From NCBI GenBank assembly GCA_036679605.1, contig JAZDCZ010000123.1, positions 34,571-98,570 of the forward strand: a stretch of 64,000 nucleotides of DNA, written 5' to 3'. Each line of letters begins with the position of its first letter. Within the stretch, counting starts at the first letter, position 1. The notes below the pieces were generated by a model. It saw only the letters and a program-made list of their open reading frames with translations. It searched no databases and was not told the DNA's origin. The stretch comes from Gemmatimonadota bacterium. Lineage in GTDB: Bacteria; Gemmatimonadota; Gemmatimonadetes; Gemmatimonadales; GWC2-71-9. This document shows, piece by piece, positions 47,104-57,429 of this stretch. Made by a program: the position numbers and the translations under genes.

Positions 47104-49482
47104 ATGACTACTACCGCCCCAGAAACATTGGCCAAATACGTAGGCGATGGAATTCGCCGCAAGGAAGATCCCAAGCTCGTAACTGGCCAGGGAACGTTTG
47201 TCGAGAGTATCGTTCCGCTTGGCACGCTTTGGATGAGCGTAGTGCGGAGTCCACTGGCACATGCGAAGCTCAATAGCGTCAACGTACAGCCGGCGCTGCA
47301 AGCCGAAGGTGTAGTAGCAGCGTTCACCGGCAACGAGCTCGCAAGTGAGTGGGCTACCCCGCTCCCCATGGCCTGGCCGGTAACCGACGACATTAAGATT
47401 GCCGAGCATTGGCCCGTCGCCAAAGACAAGGTTCGGCACATGGGCGACGCTGTCGCCGTGGTCGTCGCGTCGTCGCGCGTGGCCGCCATCGATGCCGCAG
47501 AACTGGTCGACGTCGATTATGATCCGCTTCCCGTTGTGACGGACGTGGAAGCCGCGCACGCTGACGGCGCGCCGTTGGTACACGATGACTTCGGCACCAA
47601 CGACTGCTACACCTGGTCGCACAATACCGGCGACATAGACGCTGCCTTCCGGGACGCGGAGGTCGTTATCAAAGAGCGCTACCGCCAGCAGCGGCTCGTA
47701 CCCAATGCGATCGAGCCGCGTGGCGTCGTCGTGCAGCCGGTCGCCGCGGCCGGCGAGTTCACGATGTGGTCGGCAACGCAGATACCGCACGTAGCCAAGA
47801 CCACGCTCGCGATGACGCTGGGAATTTCAGAATCCAAGCTACGTGTCATAGCACCCGATGTTGGTGGCGGCTTTGGATCGAAACTCAACGTTTATGCGGA
47901 AGAAGCTCTCTGTCTGGCGCTGGCGCGGCGGCTCGGAAAACCGATCAAGTGGGTGGAAGAGCGTTCCGAAGCATATCTCGCGACGATTCACGGGCGGGAC
48001 ATGGTGCAGGAAATCGAGATCGCGGCTACCAAGGACGGCAAGATCAAAGGGATCCGCGTCAAGCTGCTCGCCAATATGGGTGCCTATTTGCAGCTTGTTG
48101 CCCCCGGCGTGCCATTACTCGGCGCTTTTGTTTACACCGGTGTTTATGGTGCAGATGCCTACTCGTTCGAGTGCACGGGCGTCTACAGCAACACCACCCC
48201 GACCGATGCCTATCGCGGTGCCGGTAGACCGGAAGCAACGTACGCCATCGAACGTGCGATCGATCGGTTGGCTCGCGAGCTAGATATCGACCCAGTGGAA
48301 TTACGCCGCAGAAACTTCCTTCCCAAGGGTACCATGGTAGACAGTCCGGGAGGACTGCAATACGACTCCACCAACTACGACGAGAACCTGAACGCGGCAC
48401 TCGAGAAGTTCGACTACGAAGGCTTCCGCCAGAAGCAACAGGTGCGGCGTGACAGTGGCGACACGAAGGTGCTGGGGGTGGGATTGTCATGTTACATGGA
48501 AATGTGCGGCTTGGCCCCTTCGCAGGTTCTGGCATCGCTCAACTACGGTGCGGGAGGTTGGGATGCCGCTATCGTTCGCGTGCTCCCGACAGGAAAAGTG
48601 GAGGTCGTGACCGGAACGTCACCACACGGTCAGGGCCACGTAACTTGTTGGTCTCAGATCACTGCCGATGCACTCGGCGTTCCGTTCGACGACGTGACCG
48701 TGCTGCACGGAGACACGCAGGTAGCACCACTCGGCATGGACACATACGGCAGTCGCAGTCTCTCGGTGGGCGGCGTTGCGCTGCACTTCGCCTGTGAGCA
48801 GTTGCGCGACAAGGCCAAGCAGATTGCGGCCCACCAGTTGGAGGTCGCACCTGAAAACATCGAGGTAGATGGCGGCCGCTACTCGGTCAAGGGCGTTCCC
48901 GACAAATCACAGACAATTCAAGAGCTGGGTTATGCGGCGTGGACCGCGCACAACCTGCCGCCGGGCATGCAGCCCGGGCTAGAGGCCACGTACATATACG
49001 ACCCGCCCAATTTTACGTTCCCGTTCGGCACACACATATGTACGGTCGAGGTCGACACCGAGACCGGCAAGGTGGAGATCACGCGATACCTGGCGGTAGA
49101 CGATTGCGGCAACGTAATCAACCCGATGATCGTCGATGGTCAGGTGCATGGCGGTGTCGCACAAGGTATCGCACAAGCCTTGTACGAAGAGGCCATCTAC
49201 GACGATGACGGAAACCTGACCACATCATCCATGATGAATTACCTGGTACCCTCGGCCGTAGAGATACCGTCGTTTGAAACGCATCGTACCGTCACGCCGA
49301 GCACCACGAATCCGATGGGAGTAAAGGGTATCGGTGAGGCCGGGACCATCGCGTCGACGCCGACGGTGATCAACGCCGTGGTCGATGCGCTGTGGCATCT
49401 GGGCGTACGCGATATCGCAATGCCGGCTTCACCGGAAACGGTGTGGCGAGCTATCCAGCAGGCCGAGGGAGGTGAAGCATGA
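47104..49482 (+). CDS. Form II CoxL-like / xanthine-oxidase-family molybdenum subunit
   Basis: RKEDPKL, VGGGFGSK, active-site loop AYRGAGR, GQGH, KGIGEAG. Confidence 0.9.
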   Translation: MTTTAPETLAKYVGDGIRRKEDPKLVTGQGTFVESIVPLGTLWMSVVRSPLAHAKLNSVNVQPALQAEGVVAAFTGNELASEWATPLPMAWPVTDDIKIAEHWPVAKDKVRHMGDAVAVVVASSRVAAIDAAELVDVDYDPLPVVTDVEAAHADGAPLVHDDFGTNDCYTWSHNTGDIDAAFRDAEVVIKERYRQQRLVPNAIEPRGVVVQPVAAAGEFTMWSATQIPHVAKTTLAMTLGISESKLRVIAPDVGGGFGSKLNVYAEEALCLALARRLGKPIKWVEERSEAYLATIHGRDMVQEIEIAATKDGKIKGIRVKLLANMGAYLQLVAPGVPLLGAFVYTGVYGADAYSFECTGVYSNTTPTDAYRGAGRPEATYAIERAIDRLARELDIDPVELRRRNFLPKGTMVDSPGGLQYDSTNYDENLNAALEKFDYEGFRQKQQVRRDSGDTKVLGVGLSCYMEMCGLAPSQVLASLNYGAGGWDAAIVRVLPTGKVEVVTGTSPHGQGHVTCWSQITADALGVPFDDVTVLHGDTQVAPLGMDTYGSRSLSVGGVALHFACEQLRDKAKQIAAHQLEVAPENIEVDGGRYSVKGVPDKSQTIQELGYAAWTAHNLPPGMQPGLEATYIYDPPNFTFPFGTHICTVEVDTETGKVEITRYLAVDDCGNVINPMIVDGQVHGGVAQGIAQALYEEAIYDDDGNLTTSSMMNYLVPSAVEIPSFETHRTVTPSTTNPMGVKGIGEAGTIASTPTVINAVVDALWHLGVRDIAMPASPETVWRAIQQAEGGEA

Positions 49483-50333
49483 TACCTGCTGCGTTCGACT
49501 ACGAGGTGGCGAAATCGGTCGATCACGCTCGCCTGCTTCTGGGTCAGGGGGGAGCAGACGCCAAACTGATTGCAGGCGGACACTCGCTGCTGCCGCTGAT
49601 GAAGTTGCGCCTGGCTCGTCCCACTCTCTTGATAGATCTCAAGAACATCACCGACCTATCCTATGTACGAGAATCGGGTGACCACATTGCGATCGGCGCC
49701 CTAACGCGCCATCACGACATACAGCAGTCGCTCGTGTTGGCGGAGCACTGTCCGCTGCTGGCGCATGCCGCGGGGAAGGTGGGGGATCCGCAGGTGCGGC
49801 ATCGAGGGACAATCGGTGGATCGGTGGCCCATGGCGACCCGGCGTCGGACCTGCCGAGCGTTTTGCTCGCACTGGACGCCGAGTTCGTGATCAGGGGAGG
49901 ATCCGGATCGCGTACCGTTGCCGCTACAGACTTCTTCCGAGGGTTGTTCGAGACAGCGGTCGGACCAGAGGAAGTGTTGACCGAGATCCGCGTGCCACAC
50001 ACCGGCGCGGGATACGGTTGGAGCTACATCAAGTTCAATCGCCGAGCACAAGATTGGGCAATCGTGGGCGTCGCCGCACTCATCGAATGCGACAACGGAA
50101 ACATCGCGCGCGCCGCGATCGGCCTCACCAACATGGGTTGGACTCCGCTTCGTGCCGCAGGTGTCGAATTAGCGTTAGTAGGGCACGGGGCCGACGCCGT
50201 AGCTGGTGCAGCCAAGCACGCAGCAAACGGGACCAATCCACCGTCGGATACAAACGCCAGTTCTGACTTTCGTCAGCACCTCGTGCGAGTGCTGGTGCGG
50301 CGGGCGGTGGAGGAGGCGTTGGGACGCAGCTAG
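49479..50333 (+). CDS. CoxM/CutM-like FAD subunit
   Basis: MIPAAFDY, AGGHSLLP.MKLRLA, QVRHRGTIGGS.AH.DP. Confidence 0.92.
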   Translation: MIPAAFDYEVAKSVDHARLLLGQGGADAKLIAGGHSLLPLMKLRLARPTLLIDLKNITDLSYVRESGDHIAIGALTRHHDIQQSLVLAEHCPLLAHAAGKVGDPQVRHRGTIGGSVAHGDPASDLPSVLLALDAEFVIRGGSGSRTVAATDFFRGLFETAVGPEEVLTEIRVPHTGAGYGWSYIKFNRRAQDWAIVGVAALIECDNGNIARAAIGLTNMGWTPLRAAGVELALVGHGADAVAGAAKHAANGTNPPSDTNASSDFRQHLVRVLVRRAVEEALGRS

Positions 50334-50340
50334 TTACATC

Positions 50341-50601
50341 CTACGCGGCTGACTCGCTACGGATATCCCAACCTGGAAAGACAAGTACCGCGGGGTGACA
50401 TCCGAGCGCTCTAGCCAGCACTTTTGCACGCTCAACGCCCAGATTGACCCTATCGTGCTCGATGGCCGACATAGTGGACTGCGGAATACCTGATAGTTCG
50501 GAAAGCTTATTCTGGCTGAGCCCCTGTAGCTCGCGGATAATCCGAACTGATTCGCCGACAGATACATCGATCATCTTCTTCGCTTTGCGGTAGTTCTTCA
50601 C
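50341..50601 (-). CDS. Xre/HigA-like HTH antitoxin
   Basis: RELQGLSQ..L..LSGIPQST.SAIE; directly downstream of a RelE-like toxin. Confidence 0.8.
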   Translation of the reverse strand: MKNYRKAKKMIDVSVGESVRIIRELQGLSQNKLSELSGIPQSTMSAIEHDRVNLGVERAKVLARALGCHPAVLVFPGWDIRSESAA

Positions 50602-50604
50602 CTT

Positions 50605-50886
50605 TCACTTCCTCCGATAATCGTGGGGCGTCACATTGACTACCTGAACCAGTACCAGATCTCTGTCTATTCTGTAGATCACCCGATACTGCCGATTGAG
50701 CCTCGATGAACGGTGCCCCTTCCATTTCCCCCGTAGGGACTCATCCTGGAATCCACGAATCCGCTTCAATCCTCCGGGACCGCTTACGGACACGATATCC
50801 TTCCATTTTTCATACCTCTTGAGAACACCAACCTCCAATAAGTTAAGCTGCCTCACCACCCTCCTGTGCTCATAAATTTCCCACAT
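50605..50886 (-). CDS. RelE/HigB-like mRNA interferase toxin
   Basis: GF.DE.L.GKWKG.RSSRLN.QYRVIY...PHDYR; toxin-first gene order. Confidence 0.85.
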   Translation of the reverse strand: MWEIYEHRRVVRQLNLLEVGVLKRYEKWKDIVSVSGPGGLKRIRGFQDESLRGKWKGHRSSRLNRQYRVIYRIDRDLVLVQVVNVTPHDYRRK

Positions 50887-50895
50887 ATATTATAT

Positions 50896-50923
50896 AGTAT
50901 ATATATCTTTTTTAGTATGTCAA
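50896..50923 (-). promoter_or_regulatory. Sigma70 promoter TTGACA-N16-TATACT of the toxin-antitoxin pair
   Basis: -35 at 50918-50923, -10 at 50896-50901, overlapped by the palindrome TATATA-G-TATATA (50891-50903). Confidence 0.65.
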
Positions 50924-51016
50924 TCCTCAAGCCACCGCTGGCTGGAAAGAGACTCTCGCAGAGAACGACTGGTTGTATCGACTCACAATCAAGAAGAAAT
51001 TAGACAACCGGTGAAG

Positions 51017-51538
51017 CTAAAACAGGAACGACAAGCGGAGCGACACTCTGCCTCCTGTTCCCACTCGAACCACGATCCGGGCCAGCGGCACCAGCACCCA
51101 CCGCTCTCTGACCCACCTGCCGGCTAGCAGAGCAGCGGCAACCCCGCCCGCGGCGGCACCTATCACAATATCAGACGTTTCGTGTCGGCACTCGGATTCC
51201 CTTGCAATGCCGAGCCGACAACGATCCTCCTCCGGAACGGCGCTGCCCACCAGCGCACCCACTCCGGTTCCCAAGCCGATGGCGCCCCAAAACACCAGCG
51301 GGTTTTTGCCGCGGCTCACCTCTAGCCTGTCGATCACCGACACGGCAATCAAACGCGGGCCGACACCCGGCTCCAATAGAGACAGCCAGCGCTCGTCCAG
51401 ATTCCTGAACGTCGCCACCACCGGGTACTCTTCCAAATCGTCCGACCATACGCGCACACGCGATCCGGCCCGTTGGGCCCCGAGCGGTGCGCAGCAAACG
51501 ATGGCCGCGACTACTGTCAGACCGGCGGCCCTCGACAA
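51017..51538 (-). CDS. Hypothetical exported/membrane protein with glycine-zipper-like helices
   Basis: Signal-like N-terminus; GAIGLGTGVGALVG and IGAAAGGVAA segments. Confidence 0.5.
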   Translation of the reverse strand: MSRAAGLTVVAAIVCCAPLGAQRAGSRVRVWSDDLEEYPVVATFRNLDERWLSLLEPGVGPRLIAVSVIDRLEVSRGKNPLVFWGAIGLGTGVGALVGSAVPEEDRCRLGIARESECRHETSDIVIGAAAGGVAAALLAGRWVRERWVLVPLARIVVRVGTGGRVSLRLSFLF

Positions 51539-51541
51539 CTT

Positions 51542-52573
51542 TCAACGCCGGCCTGCGAACAGGCTCTTGGCAATCATCATATGTACACCCAGGTTGCCGT
51601 CCACCAGCTCGGTAATGCTGAGATCGGCCGCAACACTCGCAAGCCGGTACGCCTCTCCCTGCGACAACTCCTTCTCCGACATCAGGAAGTTTATCATCTC
51701 CTGAATGGCGATCCGTGTGGCCTTCGTAAGATCCTCATCCATACCCATACTGATAAAGTGAGTTGGCGTCTCGGCCCTGGGCCACTCGAGATGTTGATCT
51801 TTGTGCACGATGAACTGGAGACGGCCGCGCAGCGAGGTCTCGATCGCGGTCTGATCGACCTCACCGTTACCCTGCGCGGCGTGGCCATCACCCACCTCGA
51901 ACAGCGCTCCCTCGGTGTGAACGGGAACGAACAGTACCGTACCGGCCACGAGTTCCTTGTTGTCCATGTTGCCGGCGTGGATCCACGGTGGGACGCTGCT
52001 GATACGGCCTGCGTCCGGTGGCGGCGCCACACCCATACTGCCGAAGAACGGCTCGAGCGGAATTGTTATCCCAAATCCAAAATCTGCAGTCATGGCGTCT
52101 CGGTTCAACTGAATGATCCGCATGCGTTGCGCACCGCAGTTCTCCCGCATGAAACCACTGCATCCGTTATAACCGTACGGAATGGCGATTTCGACCGAGA
52201 GGATCCGTACTTCCAATACATCTCCCGCTTCTGCGCCTGCCACATAAATTGGCCCAGTCAGAATGTGACCGCCGGGCCCCTTATCGGTTACCTGATCGTA
52301 GATGTCGCGCAACGACTGTTGAACGTCTCCTGGTTTGACCCCTGCCCCCTCCAGCCGGTTGGGGCTCGATGTGATCATGGTCTCGACATCCACGATGTCA
52401 CCCGATTGGATGCGCAAGACCGGCTTCGCAGCAGCGTCGTAGTATCCCCAGGCGACTGTCTGCGGCGATGCCCTCAGGTAGTGTACGGCTCCCTCTTGTT
52501 TCTGCGCGAACGCATGTGTCGCCAGACCCCACGGTAAGACGGCTATCACTAACATGACACGCGAAATAGTCAT
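51542..52573 (-). CDS. Secreted acetamidase/formamidase family protein
   Basis: GHILTGPIYV.GAE.GD, GNMDNK, GDGHAAQGNGEV..TAIE. Start at 52573 overlaps the mddA stop. Confidence 0.9.
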   Translation of the reverse strand: MTISRVMLVIAVLPWGLATHAFAQKQEGAVHYLRASPQTVAWGYYDAAAKPVLRIQSGDIVDVETMITSSPNRLEGAGVKPGDVQQSLRDIYDQVTDKGPGGHILTGPIYVAGAEAGDVLEVRILSVEIAIPYGYNGCSGFMRENCGAQRMRIIQLNRDAMTADFGFGITIPLEPFFGSMGVAPPPDAGRISSVPPWIHAGNMDNKELVAGTVLFVPVHTEGALFEVGDGHAAQGNGEVDQTAIETSLRGRLQFIVHKDQHLEWPRAETPTHFISMGMDEDLTKATRIAIQEMINFLMSEKELSQGEAYRLASVAADLSITELVDGNLGVHMMIAKSLFAGRR

Positions 52574-53307
52574 CACAATGTTTTCCCCTTCCACGGTAGC
52601 AACATCGGCACTTGCCTTTGGTACTCGGCGTACCGCTCCGGATGAAAGCTCTTCAGATCGCGCTCCTCGAACTGGATAGCGATGAGCATGTACCCCGTGG
52701 TTGCGATCGCGAACAACAAGTGCCCTGTCGACATGTGCGGCGTGAACCAAAAGGCAATGAGAAATCCGAGCAGCAAAGGATGTCTCACGAACTTGTAAAA
52801 TAACGGCGTCACAAATCCCGGTTCCGTGTACTCCGCCTTACGTAGGTAGAGGTACACTTGGCGCATACCGAATAGATCAAAGTGTCCGATCATGAACGTC
52901 GAAAGCAGCACCACGACCCAACCGAAACCAAACAACCCGATCATGATCGCCGAGCCTGTTGCCCCCCCGACAGACCATACGACTCCATCCATCGGCTGCC
53001 ACTGCCAAAACATGAGCAGCAGGATCAGGCTCGCGATGAGCACGTACGTACTGCGCTCCACAGGCTGCGGCACAATCTTGGTCCACCAACGCTTGAAGCC
53101 CTGGCGCGCCATTACACTGTGTTGTACGGCGAAGAGACCCAGAAGGAGCGTGTTGATCAAGATGGCCTGCCCCATCGGGCCGGCCACACCCGAGTCGATG
53201 GACTTTGTAACCACCAGGTTCCCCACAAACCCTATGGCATACAGAAAAGTGACAAAGAATACTGAGTAGGCGATGAGCCCGTAGACGAAAGCGATGCCTC
53301 TTGCCAT
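52573..53307 (-). CDS. mddA: Methanethiol S-methyltransferase (MddA-like)
   Basis: [50 protein letters not shown]. Confidence 0.8.
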   Translation of the reverse strand: MARGIAFVYGLIAYSVFFVTFLYAIGFVGNLVVTKSIDSGVAGPMGQAILINTLLLGLFAVQHSVMARQGFKRWWTKIVPQPVERSTYVLIASLILLLMFWQWQPMDGVVWSVGGATGSAIMIGLFGFGWVVVLLSTFMIGHFDLFGMRQVYLYLRKAEYTEPGFVTPLFYKFVRHPLLLGFLIAFWFTPHMSTGHLLFAIATTGYMLIAIQFEERDLKSFHPERYAEYQRQVPMLLPWKGKTL

Positions 53308-53494
53308 GGACGGTCCCTCCTCATTTGCTGCACCGGTGAAAGCACTCGAGAGAAGGACAATAAACTGCCGCTCGGGGACGGCTCTGTCCAGAATGAGGTG
53401 TTAGACTACGGATCGGGCCCGCAAAGGGACCCCATGGATCACGAGCTAGAGGACCTTGAGGCGGTTGGGTCAGCAGACCGCAGGGGAGACTCGG

Positions 53495-54244
53495 CTAACC
53501 CCCGGTCAACGCAAATTGGATGGGGATCTGCATCAAAACCCGAACCGGTCTGCCCGATACCGTGCCCGGCGTCCAACGGCACGCATTCATCAGTTTGATC
53601 ACCGGTTGACGGAAACCGTCGTGCGTCGCTGAAACGATCTTGACCGATCCGCGCTCTGTCTTGCCGGCGGTGTCGACAACCACTTGGACCACGACACTGC
53701 CTTGGATGCGCGACTGCCTGAGCGCGGGCGGGTATTCCAGTTCTGGACATGAAAGTTTCTCGGGCCTCGACCCCTCGGCAGCAACGACATATTCCTCGCT
53801 CAGGACCACGCCGGGCAAGTAGATTCCAGGGACGAGGACGACCTGAACAGCCGGACCATCGCACTGCCGGCCTCCATCTGGCCTGTCGTTAGATGCGGCT
53901 GGAAAGTAGCGGATCGAGGCAACGTCCTCGAGTGCCAGATCTTCGGGGATCTCGCCGAAGGCATCTTCACCCACGAAGAAGACGGTAAGACAACGCCAAT
54001 CCTGCTGGGGCCCGGCCTGCCGGTCGACCCCGGATGCGCGTCGGGTCAGCCGAAGGTTCGAGGTCTTGGCCGCGCGGATACTGCGCCACCAACCGGGGCG
54101 CAGCATTTCGATGACCTGGGCCACATTCCCGGCTCCTGACCCGATTATTGCGCTCCGGGATATGGTCTGAGCCCGCGTCTGCCCCTCGATGGTTCCGTAT
54201 ACAAAGATCAAACAGACTACTAAAACCGACAATTTTTGGCGCAC
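53495..54244 (-). CDS. TonB C-terminal-domain protein
   Basis: LEYPPALRQSRIQGSVVVQVVVDTAG...WTPG...GRPVRV..IPIQF. Confidence 0.75.
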   Translation of the reverse strand: MRQKLSVLVVCLIFVYGTIEGQTRAQTISRSAIIGSGAGNVAQVIEMLRPGWWRSIRAAKTSNLRLTRRASGVDRQAGPQQDWRCLTVFFVGEDAFGEIPEDLALEDVASIRYFPAASNDRPDGGRQCDGPAVQVVLVPGIYLPGVVLSEEYVVAAEGSRPEKLSCPELEYPPALRQSRIQGSVVVQVVVDTAGKTERGSVKIVSATHDGFRQPVIKLMNACRWTPGTVSGRPVRVLMQIPIQFALTGG

Positions 54245-54336
54245 TCAGGCCCCTCCAGTGACATGATTCCAGGGTCTTACCCTGCCGGCGTTAATCCTCC
54301 GCGGGTGTGGTACACCGAAAGCCCGAACAGGTTCGC

Positions 54337-55053
54337 CTATCGACGACCCGATCGAGCGAGAGACGTGAGCGGCGTGGGGTCGTTAAAGACCACGAACTGC
54401 AGCCCTCCGGTTGCCCCATCGAGAAGGACGACTGTACGGACATCACCCGGCGTGAGCCCGAGCGTATCGGTCGATACCAATTCTGCTGCCGAGGTATCGG
54501 CGAGTCTGATAGTCACGACATAATCGCCTGGATCTCCCTGCTGATACTGACTTATCGTCTTGAAGTCGAACGGGAAAAGCAAACGGAACGGCTCCGCAAT
54601 TCCGGGCTTTGTTAGAAATACGTCTATTGCCGGCGCCGAAAGGGCTGAATGAATGACGCGGATCTTGGCGGTGCCCGGTGCCGGGACCACACCCGTGTCA
54701 GCCGCCGTAGTTAGCGTCATCGCAGTGGGGAGTCCGGTGACAAGGAGCGTAAACGAGCTGTCAGGAGTCAGGTTGAGTCCCGCACTAAACAGAGTAACGC
54801 CCACAACGAAATGGCGGGCTTCTAGCGTGCCTGTCGCCGCAACCATCTGGAAGGGAGTGGCCTCACCAAGACTGATAGCTCCTCCCACAGCATCCTCACC
54901 TACGCGGATCCGCAGGTCGGGCGCGCCGGCCGAAGCGTGAACAACGCGCACGTTGGCGAGCATCGGCGCGGGTGGTTCAGTGCCATTATCGTCACCGCAG
55001 GCAGCAAGAGTCAGCGAGACTACGCACACAAGGGACAGCAAGTTGCTCTTCAT
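54337..55053 (-). CDS. DUF4397-domain lipoprotein
   Basis: Lipobox LAAC; VRVVHASAGAP and IRVIHSALSAPAIDV repeats. Confidence 0.8.
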   Translation of the reverse strand: MKSNLLSLVCVVSLTLAACGDDNGTEPPAPMLANVRVVHASAGAPDLRIRVGEDAVGGAISLGEATPFQMVAATGTLEARHFVVGVTLFSAGLNLTPDSSFTLLVTGLPTAMTLTTAADTGVVPAPGTAKIRVIHSALSAPAIDVFLTKPGIAEPFRLLFPFDFKTISQYQQGDPGDYVVTIRLADTSAAELVSTDTLGLTPGDVRTVVLLDGATGGLQFVVFNDPTPLTSLARSGRR

Positions 55054-55170
55054 TTTGGTTCGCTCCCAGGGCCGGGCTTGGGGTCCATGTCTTAGATGCC
55101 TAATACCACCACGAATCTCAAATGGTTTCAGCTGGATTCTATACTAACCGGTCGCGCCCTAGGGTGCCCG

Positions 55171-57429
55171 TCAATCCAACTTCATCAGTTGGAGCAGCCG
55201 TTTGAAGCGGGCGTCGTCACGGAGTGGATCCAACATTGGCTCTACCTTGAGATAAGCAAGCCAACCCCTACGCTCCTCATATGCCCTAGTCAACCACTCA
55301 ACAGCCCGGTCTTGCTCTCCCAGCGCCACATAGATGATCACGAAGGCCACCGGTGAAATGTACCGCCCCTTTGCCTGCTCGTGGAGATCGTCCAACAGTT
55401 CTCTTGCTTTGTCCCAGTCTCCCCTGAGTGTAGCAAGATGCGCTCGGCCGGCGATCGCATAGGCCGAGTGGGAGGAGAGCGCAATCGCCTCTTCGTATGC
55501 GGTGGCCGCCTCGTCTAACCTGCCCGTTTGCATTAGTGCCAGGCCGAGCATGCGCTGGTTCTCTTCCGATGTCGGATCGAGGACAACCACCTGACGCAAA
55601 GGTTCGAGCGCCGCCTCATACCTGCGCGCGTAGTAGGACAGCCACCCTAGGGCGCGTCGGATCGAAATCGATACCGGATCGAGCGCCATCGCCGCACGAC
55701 CTTCGGCAAGGGCCTCGTCGAACCGACCCATCGCGATGAGGAACCAGGAGTGCCACTGTCGTGCAGTAGCGTATCGTGGATTCAGCTCGATCGCTCTCCT
55801 GAATCCTCTGCCGGCAGCAACCCAATCCCAGTCGTAGATAAACGTGACCCACGCCAGGGATGTGTGCGCCTCCGCCAGCGACTCGTCCAACTCCAACGCT
55901 CTCCGCGCCTCCACTTTGGCACGCTCCATTCCCTCAGCTACCGGCAATCCTCTATAATCGAATTGCAGAGCATACGAATCGGCGAGACCGGTGTGGGCGA
56001 GTGCGTAATTCGGATCTTCTTCAATTGCCTGCTCAAAATATTTGATTCCCTCACCGATGCCCTCTCCGCTTCTCCGGTTCCAGTGGAACCTCCCTTTCAA
56101 ATAGAGACGGTACGCTTGAACGCTTTCGGTGTAGCGTCGCGGCACTGGATCACTCAGATTGCCCAAGAGAGTTGTGCGTAAGGTGCTCACTATCGTCCCG
56201 GCGATCTCGTCTTGTACTGCGAACACATCTTCGATTTCGCGATCGTAACGCCCCGACCATAGGTTGTTGCCGTCCGCAACGTTGGTGAGTTGAGACGTAA
56301 TGCGGATCCTCTCTCCCGCCTTGCGTACCGAGCCCTCGAGCACCACAGCGACATTTAACATGGTTCCGATCTCTCGGATGTCCTTGCGCGTTCCCTTCAA
56401 CGCAAACACCGAGGTTCGGGACGTAACTCTCAACCCACCGACGTTAGCCAAGGCGCTAATCAGCTCGTCGGTCATGCCATCACTGAAATATTCGTTGTCC
56501 TTGTCTGCGCTCGTGTTGACAAACGGGAGCACTGCGATTGCAACAGTCCCCGACCCTCCCGATCCTATTCCGGAGACCTTTCCAAGTGCCCCCCCATCGG
56601 CCAAAGCGTTCCCGAACTCGCCGACTGTTGCAAAGCGATCGGCGGGTTGCTTGGCCAAAGCACGTTCCACCGCCTGCTCAACATGTATAGGTACGTCAGG
56701 TCGCTTGATGCGGAGGGGAGGAACCGCCTGGGTGGCGTGAAGTGCCACTGTCTGCACCGAACTCGAGCCCACAAAAGGAGGATCTCCGGTGACCATCTCG
56801 TAGAACACACATGCGAGACTGTACAAATCAGCGCGGCCATCGATATCGGGGTCCGCACTCGCCTGCTCCGGACTCATGTACGTTGGAGTTCCAATAGCAA
56901 ACCCCGCGTCTGTCAGGTTCTCAGAACTCGCCTCGGTGATCGCTCTTGCAATACCAAAATCAGCGACTACTGGTTGACCCTCGCTCAACAGAATGTTCTC
57001 CGGTTTGATGTCGCGGTGAAGTACACCGCGGCCGTGCGCATAATCCAGCCCTGTCGCTACGGCGCGGGTTATTCGGATCGCGTCTGCCATCGGCAGTCGC
57101 TTCTCCAAACGGATGCGGTCGCGCAGAGTCTCACCACCAACATACGGCATGATGTAATAGAGTAAGCCGTCGCACTCGCCGGAATCATATAGTGGAAGAA
57201 TCCGCGGATGGGTCAGTCCGGCGGCAATCTTGATCTCAAGCAGGAAGCGGTCCGGCTCGCAACATACCGCGGAGACCTCCTGGCGGAGCACTTTGATCGC
57301 TACTTCTCGAGCGTGCTTCAGATCATCGGCCAAATAGACCGTGGCCATTCCGCCCCGTCCGATCTCTCGCTTGACCTGATAGCGCTCGGCAAGGGCATCT
57401 CTGAGCTTGTCCAGAAGGTCTGTGGTCAC
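55171..57429 (-). CDS. Hanks-type Ser/Thr kinase with TolB-N-like and TPR domains
   Basis: GRGGMATVY, HRDIKPEN, DFG, IAVLPF..EYFSDG, TPRs. Confidence 0.93.
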   Translation of the reverse strand: MTTDLLDKLRDALAERYQVKREIGRGGMATVYLADDLKHAREVAIKVLRQEVSAVCCEPDRFLLEIKIAAGLTHPRILPLYDSGECDGLLYYIMPYVGGETLRDRIRLEKRLPMADAIRITRAVATGLDYAHGRGVLHRDIKPENILLSEGQPVVADFGIARAITEASSENLTDAGFAIGTPTYMSPEQASADPDIDGRADLYSLACVFYEMVTGDPPFVGSSSVQTVALHATQAVPPLRIKRPDVPIHVEQAVERALAKQPADRFATVGEFGNALADGGALGKVSGIGSGGSGTVAIAVLPFVNTSADKDNEYFSDGMTDELISALANVGGLRVTSRTSVFALKGTRKDIREIGTMLNVAVVLEGSVRKAGERIRITSQLTNVADGNNLWSGRYDREIEDVFAVQDEIAGTIVSTLRTTLLGNLSDPVPRRYTESVQAYRLYLKGRFHWNRRSGEGIGEGIKYFEQAIEEDPNYALAHTGLADSYALQFDYRGLPVAEGMERAKVEARRALELDESLAEAHTSLAWVTFIYDWDWVAAGRGFRRAIELNPRYATARQWHSWFLIAMGRFDEALAEGRAAMALDPVSISIRRALGWLSYYARRYEAALEPLRQVVVLDPTSEENQRMLGLALMQTGRLDEAATAYEEAIALSSHSAYAIAGRAHLATLRGDWDKARELLDDLHEQAKGRYISPVAFVIIYVALGEQDRAVEWLTRAYEERRGWLAYLKVEPMLDPLRDDARFKRLLQLMKLD

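Noticed and set aside
47104..49482. Aerobic CO dehydrogenase (form I)
   Set aside because: AYRGAGR loop and S-L-M gene order indicate form II.
51473..52537. 354-aa plus-strand ORF
   Set aside because: Antisense shadow of the acetamidase gene.
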